Positions 50,552 to 59,732 of a stretch of DNA of 64,000 bases are shown here, piece by piece (positions within the stretch are counted from its first letter, which is position 1; each line of letters starts with the position of its first letter). Source of the stretch: Dehalococcoidia bacterium (lineage in GTDB: Bacteria > Chloroflexota > Dehalococcoidia > UBA2979); contig OZ219872.1 of the NCBI GenBank assembly GCA_964291495.2, forward strand, positions 96,001-160,000, written 5' to 3'. Below the pieces are notes generated by a model. It was not told the DNA's origin and did no database searches. It worked only from the letters and a program-made list of their open reading frames with translations. Made by a program: the position numbers and the translations under genes.

Positions 50552-50771
50552 GGTCCGGTGGTCACCACCACCTGCGCGTGAGGCTCGACCTGGGGAGGAC
50601 CGCTACGGCTCTCCCGCCTACCGGCCCCGCGCTCGCCCCCGCCCACCACCAGCGGCGTGATGATCCCGATGGCCACCCGGCCGCGAGAGGCATCGAGCAC
50701 TGCCCGTACGCCGCGGGCGCGGTGAGCAGCCCCGCGCCGAGCGACCTCACGAAGCTGGCGAGGAGCACCGT

Positions 50772-51905
50772 TTAACGCGCATAGCCGGTCACGGCGATCT
50801 TGTAGGCGCGGGTCGTGCTGTGCACCCAGTTGCCGCTGCTATTCGTGTACGAGTACGCGTCATGGATGCTCCAGCCCGGGCTGGCGCCGCTGTCCTCATC
50901 ATCAGAGGGCGTGGCCCACTGGCCGATCCCGCTGGCCTCCGTCGTGACCTCGACCAATATGAAGTAGTTCGTGTTGGCGCTCAGCCTGATGCCATCGCCG
51001 GCCGTGAGCGTGCGCACGCCGCCCCCGAACTCGTCCGGCGGGTCCAGCGTTCCCAGAACGGTACTGCCCGGGACGCCGCTGGATACATCGCGGATGGACA
51101 CGGTGAAGGTCGGGGTGCTTGTGTCGCTGGCACTCTGATCCCTGACCCAGAACTCGACGGCAGTCAGGATCCACTCCCGGTTCCCCTGGGGGAGACTGCC
51201 CGTCCTGAACTGCTGCGCATAGCGCCGCCCGCTTCTCCACGTTGCCCACCCCGAGGTGCTCTGGTTGAGGTTGCTGACGAGCCTCGTGGGCGTCACGACG
51301 CGCCCACGCGAGTCGCGCGGAGGCGGCTGACCACCCTGGAACGTTCCGCTGGCCGGGTTGAGCAGGGGTTCGCCCTCGGCGCGGTAGTGCGCGTTCCAGC
51401 TCGCCCTGCGGCAGGCAGCGGCGTCGGCGCCGTACGAGCCCGAGCGGCGCCACTGACCCCCGATGCGCTGCTCCCGGTAGCAATTGCCGTCGGAACCGCG
51501 CACGGCGCGGTTGTTCGGGCCGGCCTGGAAGGTGAAGGCCGCGTGGTTCGTGCCGTCTGCGAGTGGCTGGTTCACGGGCGGTCGCGTGTTGCCCTGCTCC
51601 GCGACCGGGCGGACGGTCGAGCGGATCACCCCACCTCGTTCGTACGGCGTAACCACGCGATCGCCGTCGTAGAGGAACTGAATCTCACCGTTGGAGCCCC
51701 ACTTGAATGCCCAGCCGGGCTTCGCTTCGTCGCACGGGATGTCGGATACCGAGCCGGGGTTGTAGGAGCCCGCGACATACCAGGTCCCGGTCCTCGAGTT
51801 GCACTGCACGGAGAAGGACTCGGCGCCGGCGCGGTCTCCGGTCGCGAACGCGAACGTCGCCACTATGGCGAACGCCGCAAGCAGCCCGATGAACCTCCCT
51901 CGGAT
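50772..51905 (-). CDS. Secreted protein with Cys-pair domains and C-terminal choice-of-anchor-R-like domain (probable ATC start at 51905; ORF track uses GTG 51863)
   Basis: GGAGGAGG RBS then IRGRFIGLLAAFAIVATFAFA signal peptide; RLVSNLNQ..AQQFRTG..DEDSGASPGWSI. Confidence 0.75.
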   Translation of the reverse strand: MRGRFIGLLAAFAIVATFAFATGDRAGAESFSVQCNSRTGTWYVAGSYNPGSVSDIPCDEAKPGWAFKWGSNGEIQFLYDGDRVVTPYERGGVIRSTVRPVAEQGNTRPPVNQPLADGTNHAAFTFQAGPNNRAVRGSDGNCYREQRIGGQWRRSGSYGADAAACRRASWNAHYRAEGEPLLNPASGTFQGGQPPPRDSRGRVVTPTRLVSNLNQSTSGWATWRSGRRYAQQFRTGSLPQGNREWILTAVEFWVRDQSASDTSTPTFTVSIRDVSSGVPGSTVLGTLDPPDEFGGGVRTLTAGDGIRLSANTNYFILVEVTTEASGIGQWATPSDDEDSGASPGWSIHDAYSYTNSSGNWVHSTTRAYKIAVTGYAR

Positions 51906-52085
51906 GATTCCCTCCTCCGCTTCCGTTCACCCGCAGTCCCGGGCGGTCCCGTCAGGCCTGCCGGGGCGTCCGGCAGGCCTGGTCCGGGAAGGCGTCAGGG
52001 TGTCGTGCTTCCGGAGAGCGGCAGGTTGATGGACACCGTGCTGAGGGTCGGAACGTTGGGGATCCCCAGATGGTCACGGCCGACA
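51885..52085 (-). repeat. Tail + hairpin + next-gene RBS block, copy 1 (homolog of ~52940-53140)
   Basis: PTLSTVSINLP tail, CAGGCCTGCCGG-N5-CCGGCAGGCCTG hairpin (51953-51981), GGAAGCGGAGGA.GGGAATCA. Confidence 0.8.
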
Positions 52086-52111
52086 CGGTCAACAACACCT
52101 GCCAGCTCTCG

Positions 52112-52837
52112 TCAGTCGCATATCGAGACGCTGGTGTTGAACTCCGCTGCAAGCCTGGCCTGCAGCTTTCGGCACGCTTCGTCGACCTGCTCCCTGGAGC
52201 CAATGTCGACGTCAAGCGTAGAACTCGCGACAGGCTCCACCATCAAGATGGTCGTGCTCGCTGGCCTGACCTTGTCGCGAATGATCCCGGTCACGGTCAC
52301 GGGCTCAGCGGGCTCCACGAAGGACTCTGCGGCTTCTTCCCGGGTGGTGTACGTGGCGGTCACGTCGAAGGACCCGACGTCGCTACCGGTTTCATATCGC
52401 AGCGGCTCGACGCCGCCGTCCGTCGGCTGGGTGTAGGAGACGCGGACGGCGCTGTCCCGTAGCGTCTGCAGCTCCGCCTCGGTGACGGCGCCATCCCGTC
52501 GCTCCACAAGGGTGACTGTCAGACGCCGGTGATGGAACGTGAGGGAGCGGGAGCTGTACTCGGGCGCGACGCCACCCACCGTGACGGTGACGGCGGACGG
52601 ATCGGGCCCGGTCGTGCGCAGCGCGTCGCTGAAGTCGAGGTTCACGACAGTCGTGATGGTGGTGGTGACAGTGGGAGGAGTGGTGCGCTCATCGGTGGTG
52701 ACGTCGGCGATGACCTGGAACGTCGCGCTCGGCGCGACGTCGGCGTGTGCGACGCCCATCGAGGCCCAGACCAGGGCCAGGGCGGCGGCGAGCGCGAAGG
52801 TCGCCCCGCCAACGCGCGACTTCACAGTGCGGTCCAT
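52112..52837 (-). CDS. Secreted SwmB-like Ig-domain protein, paralog B (3' end degenerate; conserved tail continues to 51995)
   Basis: Signal peptide GATFALAAALALVWASMGVAHA; LDFSDALRTT..VTVTVGG..VSYTQP..LRY..F. Confidence 0.7.
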   Translation of the reverse strand: MDRTVKSRVGGATFALAAALALVWASMGVAHADVAPSATFQVIADVTTDERTTPPTVTTTITTVVNLDFSDALRTTGPDPSAVTVTVGGVAPEYSSRSLTFHHRRLTVTLVERRDGAVTEAELQTLRDSAVRVSYTQPTDGGVEPLRYETGSDVGSFDVTATYTTREEAAESFVEPAEPVTVTGIIRDKVRPASTTILMVEPVASSTLDVDIGSREQVDEACRKLQARLAAEFNTSVSICD

Positions 52838-53056
52838 TGCAACCATCCTTCCCACAGGGCGGCCTTCCTCGGGCCGCCCCAATGGCTCGTCGATCGAGGC
52901 ATCCTTAACGCGCGGCCGTTGTTCGACTGCCGCTGTGCCCGCCCGATGGACGTCCCTCCGGTGATTCCCATCCTCCGCTTCCATTCGCTCGCCGGTGCCG
53001 GTCCCCGTCAGGCCTGCCGGAGCGTCCGGCAGCCCCGGTCCCGGAAGGCGTGAGCG

Positions 53057-53599
53057 TCATTCGCTCCCGACGCCCGGGAACTTGATGGTGACGCTGGAGA
53101 GGGTCGGCGAATTGGGGAAGATGATGGTCAGCGGCCGATCGGGCTCCGGGCGGCGATCAACGCGGACGTACGCGTGGTACGGGCCGTGGCCGTGAACGAC
53201 AGTCAGGTCGAAGTTCACGAGATCGGCGCCGGATGCGTATTGCAGGCGCGAGAGGCCGGCGTCCTCGGGCGGCGTGTAGGAGATCCCGATGGAGCCCGTC
53301 AACTGCCCGTCCAGGGTGATGAGCAGATTGCTGCCATCGAACGTGAGGGAGCTGTACTCGTGCGCGACGCCATCCACGGTGACGGCGATGGCGGATGATT
53401 CGGGCAGGGTCGTGCCCAGCGTCTCGTCGAACTCGACGGTCACGATAGTCCTGGTGCCCGAGCCATCGGTGTGGTGGCGGACATCCGCGCCTCGCGCGAC
53501 GTCGGCATGTGCGACGCCCGTCGAGGCCCAGACCAGGGCCAGGGCGGCGGCGAGCGCGAAGGTCGCCCCACTCAGACGCGATTTCACGATGCGGCGCAT
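53057..53599 (-). CDS. Secreted SwmB-like Ig-domain protein, paralog A
   Basis: GGGAGGG RBS; signal peptide GATFALAAALALVWASTGVAHA; VEFDETL..VTVDG..ISYTPP..LQY..F; tail PTLSSVTIKFPG. Confidence 0.75.
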   Translation of the reverse strand: MRRIVKSRLSGATFALAAALALVWASTGVAHADVARGADVRHHTDGSGTRTIVTVEFDETLGTTLPESSAIAVTVDGVAHEYSSLTFDGSNLLITLDGQLTGSIGISYTPPEDAGLSRLQYASGADLVNFDLTVVHGHGPYHAYVRVDRRPEPDRPLTIIFPNSPTLSSVTIKFPGVGSE

Positions 53600-53673
53600 T
53601 GCAACCATCCCTCCCGCGGGCCGGCCTTCCTCGGGCCACCCCACTGGCTCTTCGATCGAGGCATCCTCGATGC

Positions 53674-53779
53674 CCTCCACCGAGAGAGTCACGGGGATTA
53701 TGCCATCACGTGCATTACCGGTGCGTGACTTATCGAGCCATTGCCCGTAATGATTTGTAACTAGCGGCGATCTGCGGCA
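53674..53779 (-). promoter_or_regulatory. Island promoter block, copy B (divergent region between array and regulator)
   Basis: GTTAC-N5-ATTAC, CATTAC/GTAATG, TGG-CATAAT; homologous to 50445-50551. Confidence 0.65.
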
Positions 53780-53859
53780 TGATTGCCCCGTCGACGCTGA
53801 ATCCCGCGAGCCGTGCGCGCGGCGGCGCCGCACTTCCCCCTCGAAGGCGAGGTGACGAG

Positions 53860-56274
53860 TTGAACCGAACCGACGAACAAGACCGACGGATCCGGGAGCT
53901 GGAAGAGCGCCTCTCCCGCCTGAGCGAGGCCAGTCTTCGCATCACCGAAGACCTCGACTTCAACACCGTGCTGCAGGGCGTGCTCGACGCGGCCCGCTCC
54001 CTCACCGGCGCGCGCTACGGCGTCATCGCCCTGCACGGCGACGACGCGACGGCGGAGGACTTCCTCTCCTCGGGGATGACCGTGGAGGAGACCGCCAGGC
54101 TGTGGACGTCGCCGGGCTGGCCCAGCCACTTCGAGTACCTGAGCAGGCTTCCGGGTCCGCTGCGAGTACCCGATCTGCCCGGCCACATCAGGTCGCTGGG
54201 CCTCCCGGAGCTGATTCCCCCGGTGGCGGTGAGCGAGCAGGTGCCCTTCATGGCGACTCCCGTGCTGCACCGCGGAGAGCGCGTCGGCAGCATCTACCTC
54301 GCCGAGAAGGAACGCGCGGAGGAGTTCACCCGGGAGGACGAGGAGACGCTCGTGCTGTTCGCCTCCCAGGCGGCGATGGCCATCGCCAACGCACGCCGGC
54401 ACCGCGAGGAGCGGAGGGCCAGGGCCGACCTCGAGACGCTGATCGATACCTCACCCGTGGGCGTGGTGGTGCTCGACGCCGCGACGGGGGCGCCCAGCTC
54501 GTTGAACCGGGAGGCCCGGAGAATCGTCGACAGCCTGCGTGATCCCGACCAGACCCGCGAAAGCCTCCTCGAGACGGTGACCTTCCGCCGCGCCGACGGG
54601 CGCGAGGCCTCGCTGCAGGAGGTCCCGATGGTTGAGCTCCTGGGCGCCGGTGAGACGGTGCGGGCCGAGGAGATTGTCCTGTGTGTCCCCGACGGACGCA
54701 GCGTCACCGTGCTGCTCAACGCCACGCCCGTACGCTCCGACGATCGGGTGGTCGAGTCGGTGGTCGTCACCCTGCAGGACATGGCCGAGGTCGAGGAGCT
54801 GGAGCGGCTGCGGGCGGAGTTCCTGGCGATGGTCAGCCACGAGCTCAGGGGTCCCCTGACCTCGATCAAGGGCTCGGCCGCCACGGTGCTGGACTCTCCC
54901 TCCGAGTTCGACCCCGTCGTGGTGCGCCAGTACTTCCGCATCATCGGGGACCAGGCCGACCACATGAACGCCCTGGTCTCCGATCTGCTGGACGTGGCCC
55001 GCATCGAGACGGGCGAGCTGGCGGTCAGTCCCGAGCCGGCGGAGGTGGCCGTGCTCGTGGACCGGGCGCGGACCGCCTTCCCGAGTCTGGGAGGCGGGAA
55101 CAGCCTCTCCATCGACATCGCGCCGGACCTGCCCCTGGTGGCGGCGGACCGGCGGCGCATCGTGCAGGTGCTGGGCAACCTGCTGTCAAACGCGGTCCGG
55201 CACTCCCCGGAGTCGTCCGTCATCACGGTGACGGCGGAGCGGCAGGGCGTGCACGTGGCCGTCTCGGTGGTGGACGAGGGGCGGGGCATCCCGGCGGAGA
55301 GCCTGCCGCACCTGTTCCGCAAGTTCTCCAGGACGCAGCCCGAGGAGCAGGAGGGCGACACGGGCCTCGGCCTCGCCATCTGCAAGGGGATCGTGGAGGC
55401 TCACGGCGGCCGCATCTGGGCGGAGAGCGACGGGCCGGGACTGGGGGCGCGCTTCACCTTCACCCTGCCCTCGGTGGAAGAGACCGGCAGCAGCGCTTCA
55501 AGCGGGCTCGCGACCGTTCCTCGGCGGTCCTCCCCGACACGCAGGCGGCGGGACGCCGGGGAACGGGTGCGCGTCCTCGCCGTGGACGACGACCCAAACG
55601 ACCTCCGCTACGTCCGCGACGCCCTCGTCCAGGCGGGCTACGCGCCGCTGATGGCCGGCGACGCGCGGGAGGCGCTCAGCCTGATGGAGGCCGAGGCGCC
55701 GGACCTGGCGCTGCTCGACCTGATGCTGCCCGGCACGAACGGCATCGAGCTGATGAAGGAAATCCTGAACGTGGCGGACGTGCCGGTTATCTTCCTGTCC
55801 GCCTACGGCGGAGACGAGCTCGTCGCCCAGGCCTTCGAGATGGGGGCTGTCGACTACGTCGTCAAGCCCTTCTCGCCAACGGAGCTCGCGGCGAGGATCA
55901 AGGCCGCCCTCCGACGCCGGGAGGTATCCGAACCAACGGAGCCATACGTGCTCGGCGAGCTGACCATCGACTACCCCGAACGCAGGGTGACGGTCGACGG
56001 GCGCCCGGTCCATCTGACCGCGACGGAGTACGGGCTGCTCGCCGAGCTCTCGACCCACGCCGGGCGGGTGTTGACCCATCAGCATCTGCTGGAGCGCGTC
56101 TGGGGGGAGAAGGGCGAGGGCGATGTGCGCCCCATGCGCACCATCGTGAGCAAGCTCCGCCGCAAGCTGGGCGAGGACGCCGACCACCCCCGCTACATCT
56201 TCACCGAGCCCCGCGTCGGCTTCCGCATGCCCAGGGGGACGGCGCTGGACGGGGAGGCGGGCGAGGATTCCTGA
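53860..56274 (+). CDS. Cytoplasmic hybrid sensor kinase / response regulator: GAF-PAS-HisKA-HATPase-REC-OmpR winged helix
   Basis: GAGGTG RBS with TTG; VSHELRGP, NLLSNA, DEGRG, GLGLAI; VDDD..LLDLMLPG..KPF; LTATEYGLL..VWG..VSKLRRKL..TEPRVGF; no TM helix. Confidence 0.93.
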   Translation: MNRTDEQDRRIRELEERLSRLSEASLRITEDLDFNTVLQGVLDAARSLTGARYGVIALHGDDATAEDFLSSGMTVEETARLWTSPGWPSHFEYLSRLPGPLRVPDLPGHIRSLGLPELIPPVAVSEQVPFMATPVLHRGERVGSIYLAEKERAEEFTREDEETLVLFASQAAMAIANARRHREERRARADLETLIDTSPVGVVVLDAATGAPSSLNREARRIVDSLRDPDQTRESLLETVTFRRADGREASLQEVPMVELLGAGETVRAEEIVLCVPDGRSVTVLLNATPVRSDDRVVESVVVTLQDMAEVEELERLRAEFLAMVSHELRGPLTSIKGSAATVLDSPSEFDPVVVRQYFRIIGDQADHMNALVSDLLDVARIETGELAVSPEPAEVAVLVDRARTAFPSLGGGNSLSIDIAPDLPLVAADRRRIVQVLGNLLSNAVRHSPESSVITVTAERQGVHVAVSVVDEGRGIPAESLPHLFRKFSRTQPEEQEGDTGLGLAICKGIVEAHGGRIWAESDGPGLGARFTFTLPSVEETGSSASSGLATVPRRSSPTRRRRDAGERVRVLAVDDDPNDLRYVRDALVQAGYAPLMAGDAREALSLMEAEAPDLALLDLMLPGTNGIELMKEILNVADVPVIFLSAYGGDELVAQAFEMGAVDYVVKPFSPTELAARIKAALRRREVSEPTEPYVLGELTIDYPERRVTVDGRPVHLTATEYGLLAELSTHAGRVLTHQHLLERVWGEKGEGDVRPMRTIVSKLRRKLGEDADHPRYIFTEPRVGFRMPRGTALDGEAGEDS

Positions 56275-56286
56275 GCGCGGGGGAGC

Positions 56287-57657
56287 ATGCCAGCTCACGC
56301 GGAGGGGGAGCCGATCGTGTCTGCTGACTGGGTAGACAGGCTGTCGCAGTGCCTGCAGGACCTGGTCGACTACGAGCGATGGCTGGAAAGCGAGCTCGTC
56401 GATCTGAGGCGACGAGCCGAGCGCACGTTGGGCGTGCCTGATTCTCGCGACGACCGGGACGATCGGGTTCGCGAGCGGGTTTCGGGATACTGGCGCGTCC
56501 GCGGTAGCCGGCCGCTCGCGGACTACGAGTATGGACGGAGTGTCGCGGGGAAGCTCGACAGGTTGGTGGACGTGCTGCTCGAACACCCGGTGCTGGCCAA
56601 GGCGGTCTACCGCGACGGCGAAGGCTCGCTGGCCGTGGGCCTGAACCTGGGAGTATCCCTGGCAGCCCGCCACCAGTTCACTTCCGTGCTGACGGGGCTC
56701 GTCGACCACGCGGTCGAGCAGGCGCCGAAGGCCACGGCGGACGCCTTCGCCCGGATGATCCAGAAGGGCGAGGACTACGACCTGCGCTGCTACTCGATCG
56801 CCCTTGTCCGCGGTCTGCATGCCGGGCGCCGGTACGACTTCCCCGACGACCTGTCGGTCGTCCCCCTCGAGGAGGCGCGGCGGTATCTGCGCGACACGGA
56901 CATCCGCTCCATGCTCGGAGCGGCCGACACTCACATCAACCGGCGTCCGGTCGCGGCGGTGGTGTTCGAGCGGAAGTGGGGACCGGTGTTCGTCCCCGCG
57001 GGGTTCGACATGGACGAACTGGTCTGGCACGGGAGGCCCCCGACGTTCCGTGACGATGGACGTCTGCTCGTGGATGTCCTCTCGGTAGTCCACCGGGAGC
57101 CCATGGCGTCTTCCGAAACACACACAGCCGTGGTCGAGCGTCAGCTCCACCACATCGTCGGCTCGAACGGGAGCTACTCACCCAGGTTCGTCCGCGACAT
57201 GCTGGGAGCCAACACGATGAAGATCGAGCCGGTGACAACCCCGGCCTTCTCGGCGGAGAGCCTTCCGGAGTGCGAGCGATTGTTCGTCGCGTGCAGGAGC
57301 GACGAACAGCTGCGTCTGGCCCTGTCCCGGCTCGCGTCGTCGCTGCGGCGAACGGGTGCGCATGGAACCTTCGACCGGGTTGTCGACATAGCCATCGCGC
57401 TGGAGGTCATGTACCAGCTCGACGTTTCGCGCGGGAAGGGCGACCAGCTCTCGCGCCGAGCCCGCGAGCTGATTGGCGGAGACCGGGCGGACCTGAACTG
57501 GATTCGCGGGACCGCCGAGTCCACATATCGGGCGCGGAGGGACATTGTGCATGACGGGACGTTGCCGGAAAACGCCGAGCAGGTCTGCGAGAACGGCTTC
57601 GATCTCGCCCGCCGGACGTTGCTGCACATCGTCAGCACGGGGTGGCCCGAGTGGTAG
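56287..57657 (+). CDS. ApeA-like HEPN domain protein
   Basis: LRLALSRL..DRVVDIAIALE..LSRRA..YRARRDIVHDG (Rx4H HEPN motif). Confidence 0.72.
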   Translation: MPAHAEGEPIVSADWVDRLSQCLQDLVDYERWLESELVDLRRRAERTLGVPDSRDDRDDRVRERVSGYWRVRGSRPLADYEYGRSVAGKLDRLVDVLLEHPVLAKAVYRDGEGSLAVGLNLGVSLAARHQFTSVLTGLVDHAVEQAPKATADAFARMIQKGEDYDLRCYSIALVRGLHAGRRYDFPDDLSVVPLEEARRYLRDTDIRSMLGAADTHINRRPVAAVVFERKWGPVFVPAGFDMDELVWHGRPPTFRDDGRLLVDVLSVVHREPMASSETHTAVVERQLHHIVGSNGSYSPRFVRDMLGANTMKIEPVTTPAFSAESLPECERLFVACRSDEQLRLALSRLASSLRRTGAHGTFDRVVDIAIALEVMYQLDVSRGKGDQLSRRARELIGGDRADLNWIRGTAESTYRARRDIVHDGTLPENAEQVCENGFDLARRTLLHIVSTGWPEW

Positions 57658-57821
57658 GGGCAGCGGAGGCGCCGTACGCAGCGATCTTGTTATGACGGGT
57701 GTAGAGCCCGCGTCGGAGTCTGCCGAGGCGAGCAGACGTTTCAAGCGGCTTGCGACCACTCCGGCTGGCCACTGCGCCCTGCTGCCGTGACGTAGGCTAG
57801 ATTTGGAGGCGGAGTTCCCAC

Positions 57822-58667
57822 ATGGAGTTCAGCGTCCCCGACTTCATCGAAGGTCTTGGCGCGGAGCTCATCGCCGCATACGAGCGCGGCGGCATGGCAA
57901 CGTCGCCAGGCGCCATTGGGGCAGCTCGCGAAGGCCCTGTGCGGCGGAAGCTGGCCCAGGTCTTTGCGGGTGGGGTCGGGATCGGCACAGGATTCGTCAT
58001 CGACGCTGAGGGGAACGTGTCCAAGCAGCAGGACGTCATTCTTTACGAAAAGGACTTCTGTCCTGTCTACCGCATCAACGAGATAGACGAGGTTGCTTAC
58101 TACCCTTGCGAGGGAGTCTTCGCTGTCGGCGAGGTCAAGAGCACCATCGGTTCGGTAGAGTTCGACGACATTCTTGAGAAGATAGCAAGCGTGCGCCGGC
58201 TCCGCCGTCACATTGACAAGGAACAAGCTGTAATCGGGCCGCCGCGGGAGTACGTGGCGTTTCGCCACTATGGCGTCGGCACTTCGTTCGAAGGCACTGC
58301 GGAAGAGGACTACGTGCAGGACAAGTCTGAGCGCCACCAAATATACGGATTCGCCATTGGGAGGACGATCCAAGCACTGGAGCAGCGCCTCGCGACTCTC
58401 CGAGAAAGACTCGACGATGGAGATGCTGTGTACCTTCCTAATCTGATTGTGAGCCTTGAACAGAATATTGGGCTGGTTCCCTACAGCAGCGCCGACAGCC
58501 CTCAAGGCACCGCTCTTAATGCGAGCTACTATCGCGCGCATCGCCCTAGCACACAGCAAGCCTTCCTACCGCTCGTTCAACAACTTAGATCGTCGTTCAA
58601 TTCGGGCGTGACTACAGCCCTAGATGCCTATCGAGCCTACTACGTGAGACAGCCAGAGAAGTCGTGA
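57822..58667 (+). CDS. DUF6602-like / NucC-related PD-(D/E)xK nuclease-fold protein
   Basis: GAAREG, TGFVID..SKQQDVILYE, PCEGVFAVGEVKS; more AT-rich than its neighbours; GGAGG RBS. Confidence 0.72.
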   Translation: MEFSVPDFIEGLGAELIAAYERGGMATSPGAIGAAREGPVRRKLAQVFAGGVGIGTGFVIDAEGNVSKQQDVILYEKDFCPVYRINEIDEVAYYPCEGVFAVGEVKSTIGSVEFDDILEKIASVRRLRRHIDKEQAVIGPPREYVAFRHYGVGTSFEGTAEEDYVQDKSERHQIYGFAIGRTIQALEQRLATLRERLDDGDAVYLPNLIVSLEQNIGLVPYSSADSPQGTALNASYYRAHRPSTQQAFLPLVQQLRSSFNSGVTTALDAYRAYYVRQPEKS

Positions 58668-58985
58668 TACGCTCGGCTCCGGCCAGTGTTCCCTCGCCCC
58701 AAATGCGCTAGCGCGCCGGCCGCTTTGAACAGGACAAGGGCGCCGACCGCCACCGGTACATCCTTACCGTGCCCCGCGTGGGGCCCGATGCCCAGGAGCT
58801 GAGGCGCTGGACTCGAAGCTGGCCGCAGCTCCTTGGGCGGGAGGGGACTCGGCCGTCGAAGTCGGAATCATGCCCTACCGGAAGACCCCCAGGCGGACCG
58901 CTCTCAGCGCTGCCATCGGTCCTGAGTACACGACCTGCGCGGGTGCTATCTTCTAAGGGTGGCACACCACACGGAGGAGACCGAG

Positions 58986-59253
58986 ATGGTGCCGCGCCGG
59001 CCTTCTGAGGAGATCGCTCGCCTCGGTGACGAGATCTACGAGCGCGACATCCGGCACCAAGTCGAGGCCGAGCATCACGGAGAGGTCGTCGCCGTCGACG
59101 TGGAAAGCGAGACCTGGGCCGTCGGCGACACCGTGATCGTTGCGCGGGATCGCCTGCGTACGAAGCGCCCGGACGCGATCGACGTGTGGCTGCTCCGGGT
59201 GGGGCATCGGGCACTGGATCACTTCGGTGGTCGCCCACTGAGTAACCCAAGTG
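58986..59253 (+). pseudogene. Small DUF5678-like protein, stop lost by frameshift
   Basis: EEIARLGDEIYERDIR..HGEVVAVDVES..VWLLRVG..FGGR; the frame runs on past the TGA overlapping the next start. Confidence 0.6.
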
Positions 59254-59616
59254 ATGGAAGGCGCGGTGAATGCCGCCCACGAGGCGGTGCTCAGCCCCGC
59301 TTTCGGAGGAGCCAGCCGGGAGACACGCAACATCGCCAGCCGTGGTCGACACCGGCTTCACGGGACTCCTGACGGTGACCCCAGCGTTGGCAGTGGAGCC
59401 GGGACTACCGCTTGCGGGTACTGCCGCGCGACGCGTGCCGATGGCAGTGAGACGACACTCCCTTACTATGGCGTGACTCCCCTTCGGGATGGCCGGACTA
59501 GGTACGTGGAGGCGGATGCCGCTGACACGACGCCGCTCGTCGGCATGCGGCTGCTCGACGGACACAGCCTGTCCGTCGACGTCGAGGCCGCTTGGGCGCG
59601 TCGTCATCGAGCCTAG
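59251..59616 (+). pseudogene. Frameshifted clan AA aspartic protease (AF_0612-like)
   Basis: MEGAVNAAHEAV in one frame, catalytic AVVDTGFTG in another, ADGS..PLVGMRLL back in the first. Confidence 0.75.
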
Positions 59617-59732
59617 GCCTCCAGGCTGAACAGCACCTCAAAGGTGGTACTGACTACCGTCAAGTTGGGCCCACCACATCCCATGTTCGTCGCGGCGACC
59701 GGGGTGCGGGCGAGGGCCCGCACCCTGCGCGC

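Noticed and set aside
50552-50770. Short overlapping ORFs between array genes
   Set aside because: No RBS, recognisable motif or consistent codon bias; treated as intergenic or decayed DNA.
47710-51515. Template/variable repeat pair of a diversity-generating retroelement
   Set aside because: Differences are not adenine-specific, include indels, and no reverse transcriptase is present.
51995-52114. In-frame TGA after ..ICD followed by the conserved tail; possible selenocysteine or readthrough
   Set aside because: Alignment with paralog A indicates compensating frameshifts near TCTGGGGATC rather than recoding; no evident SECIS or redox motif.
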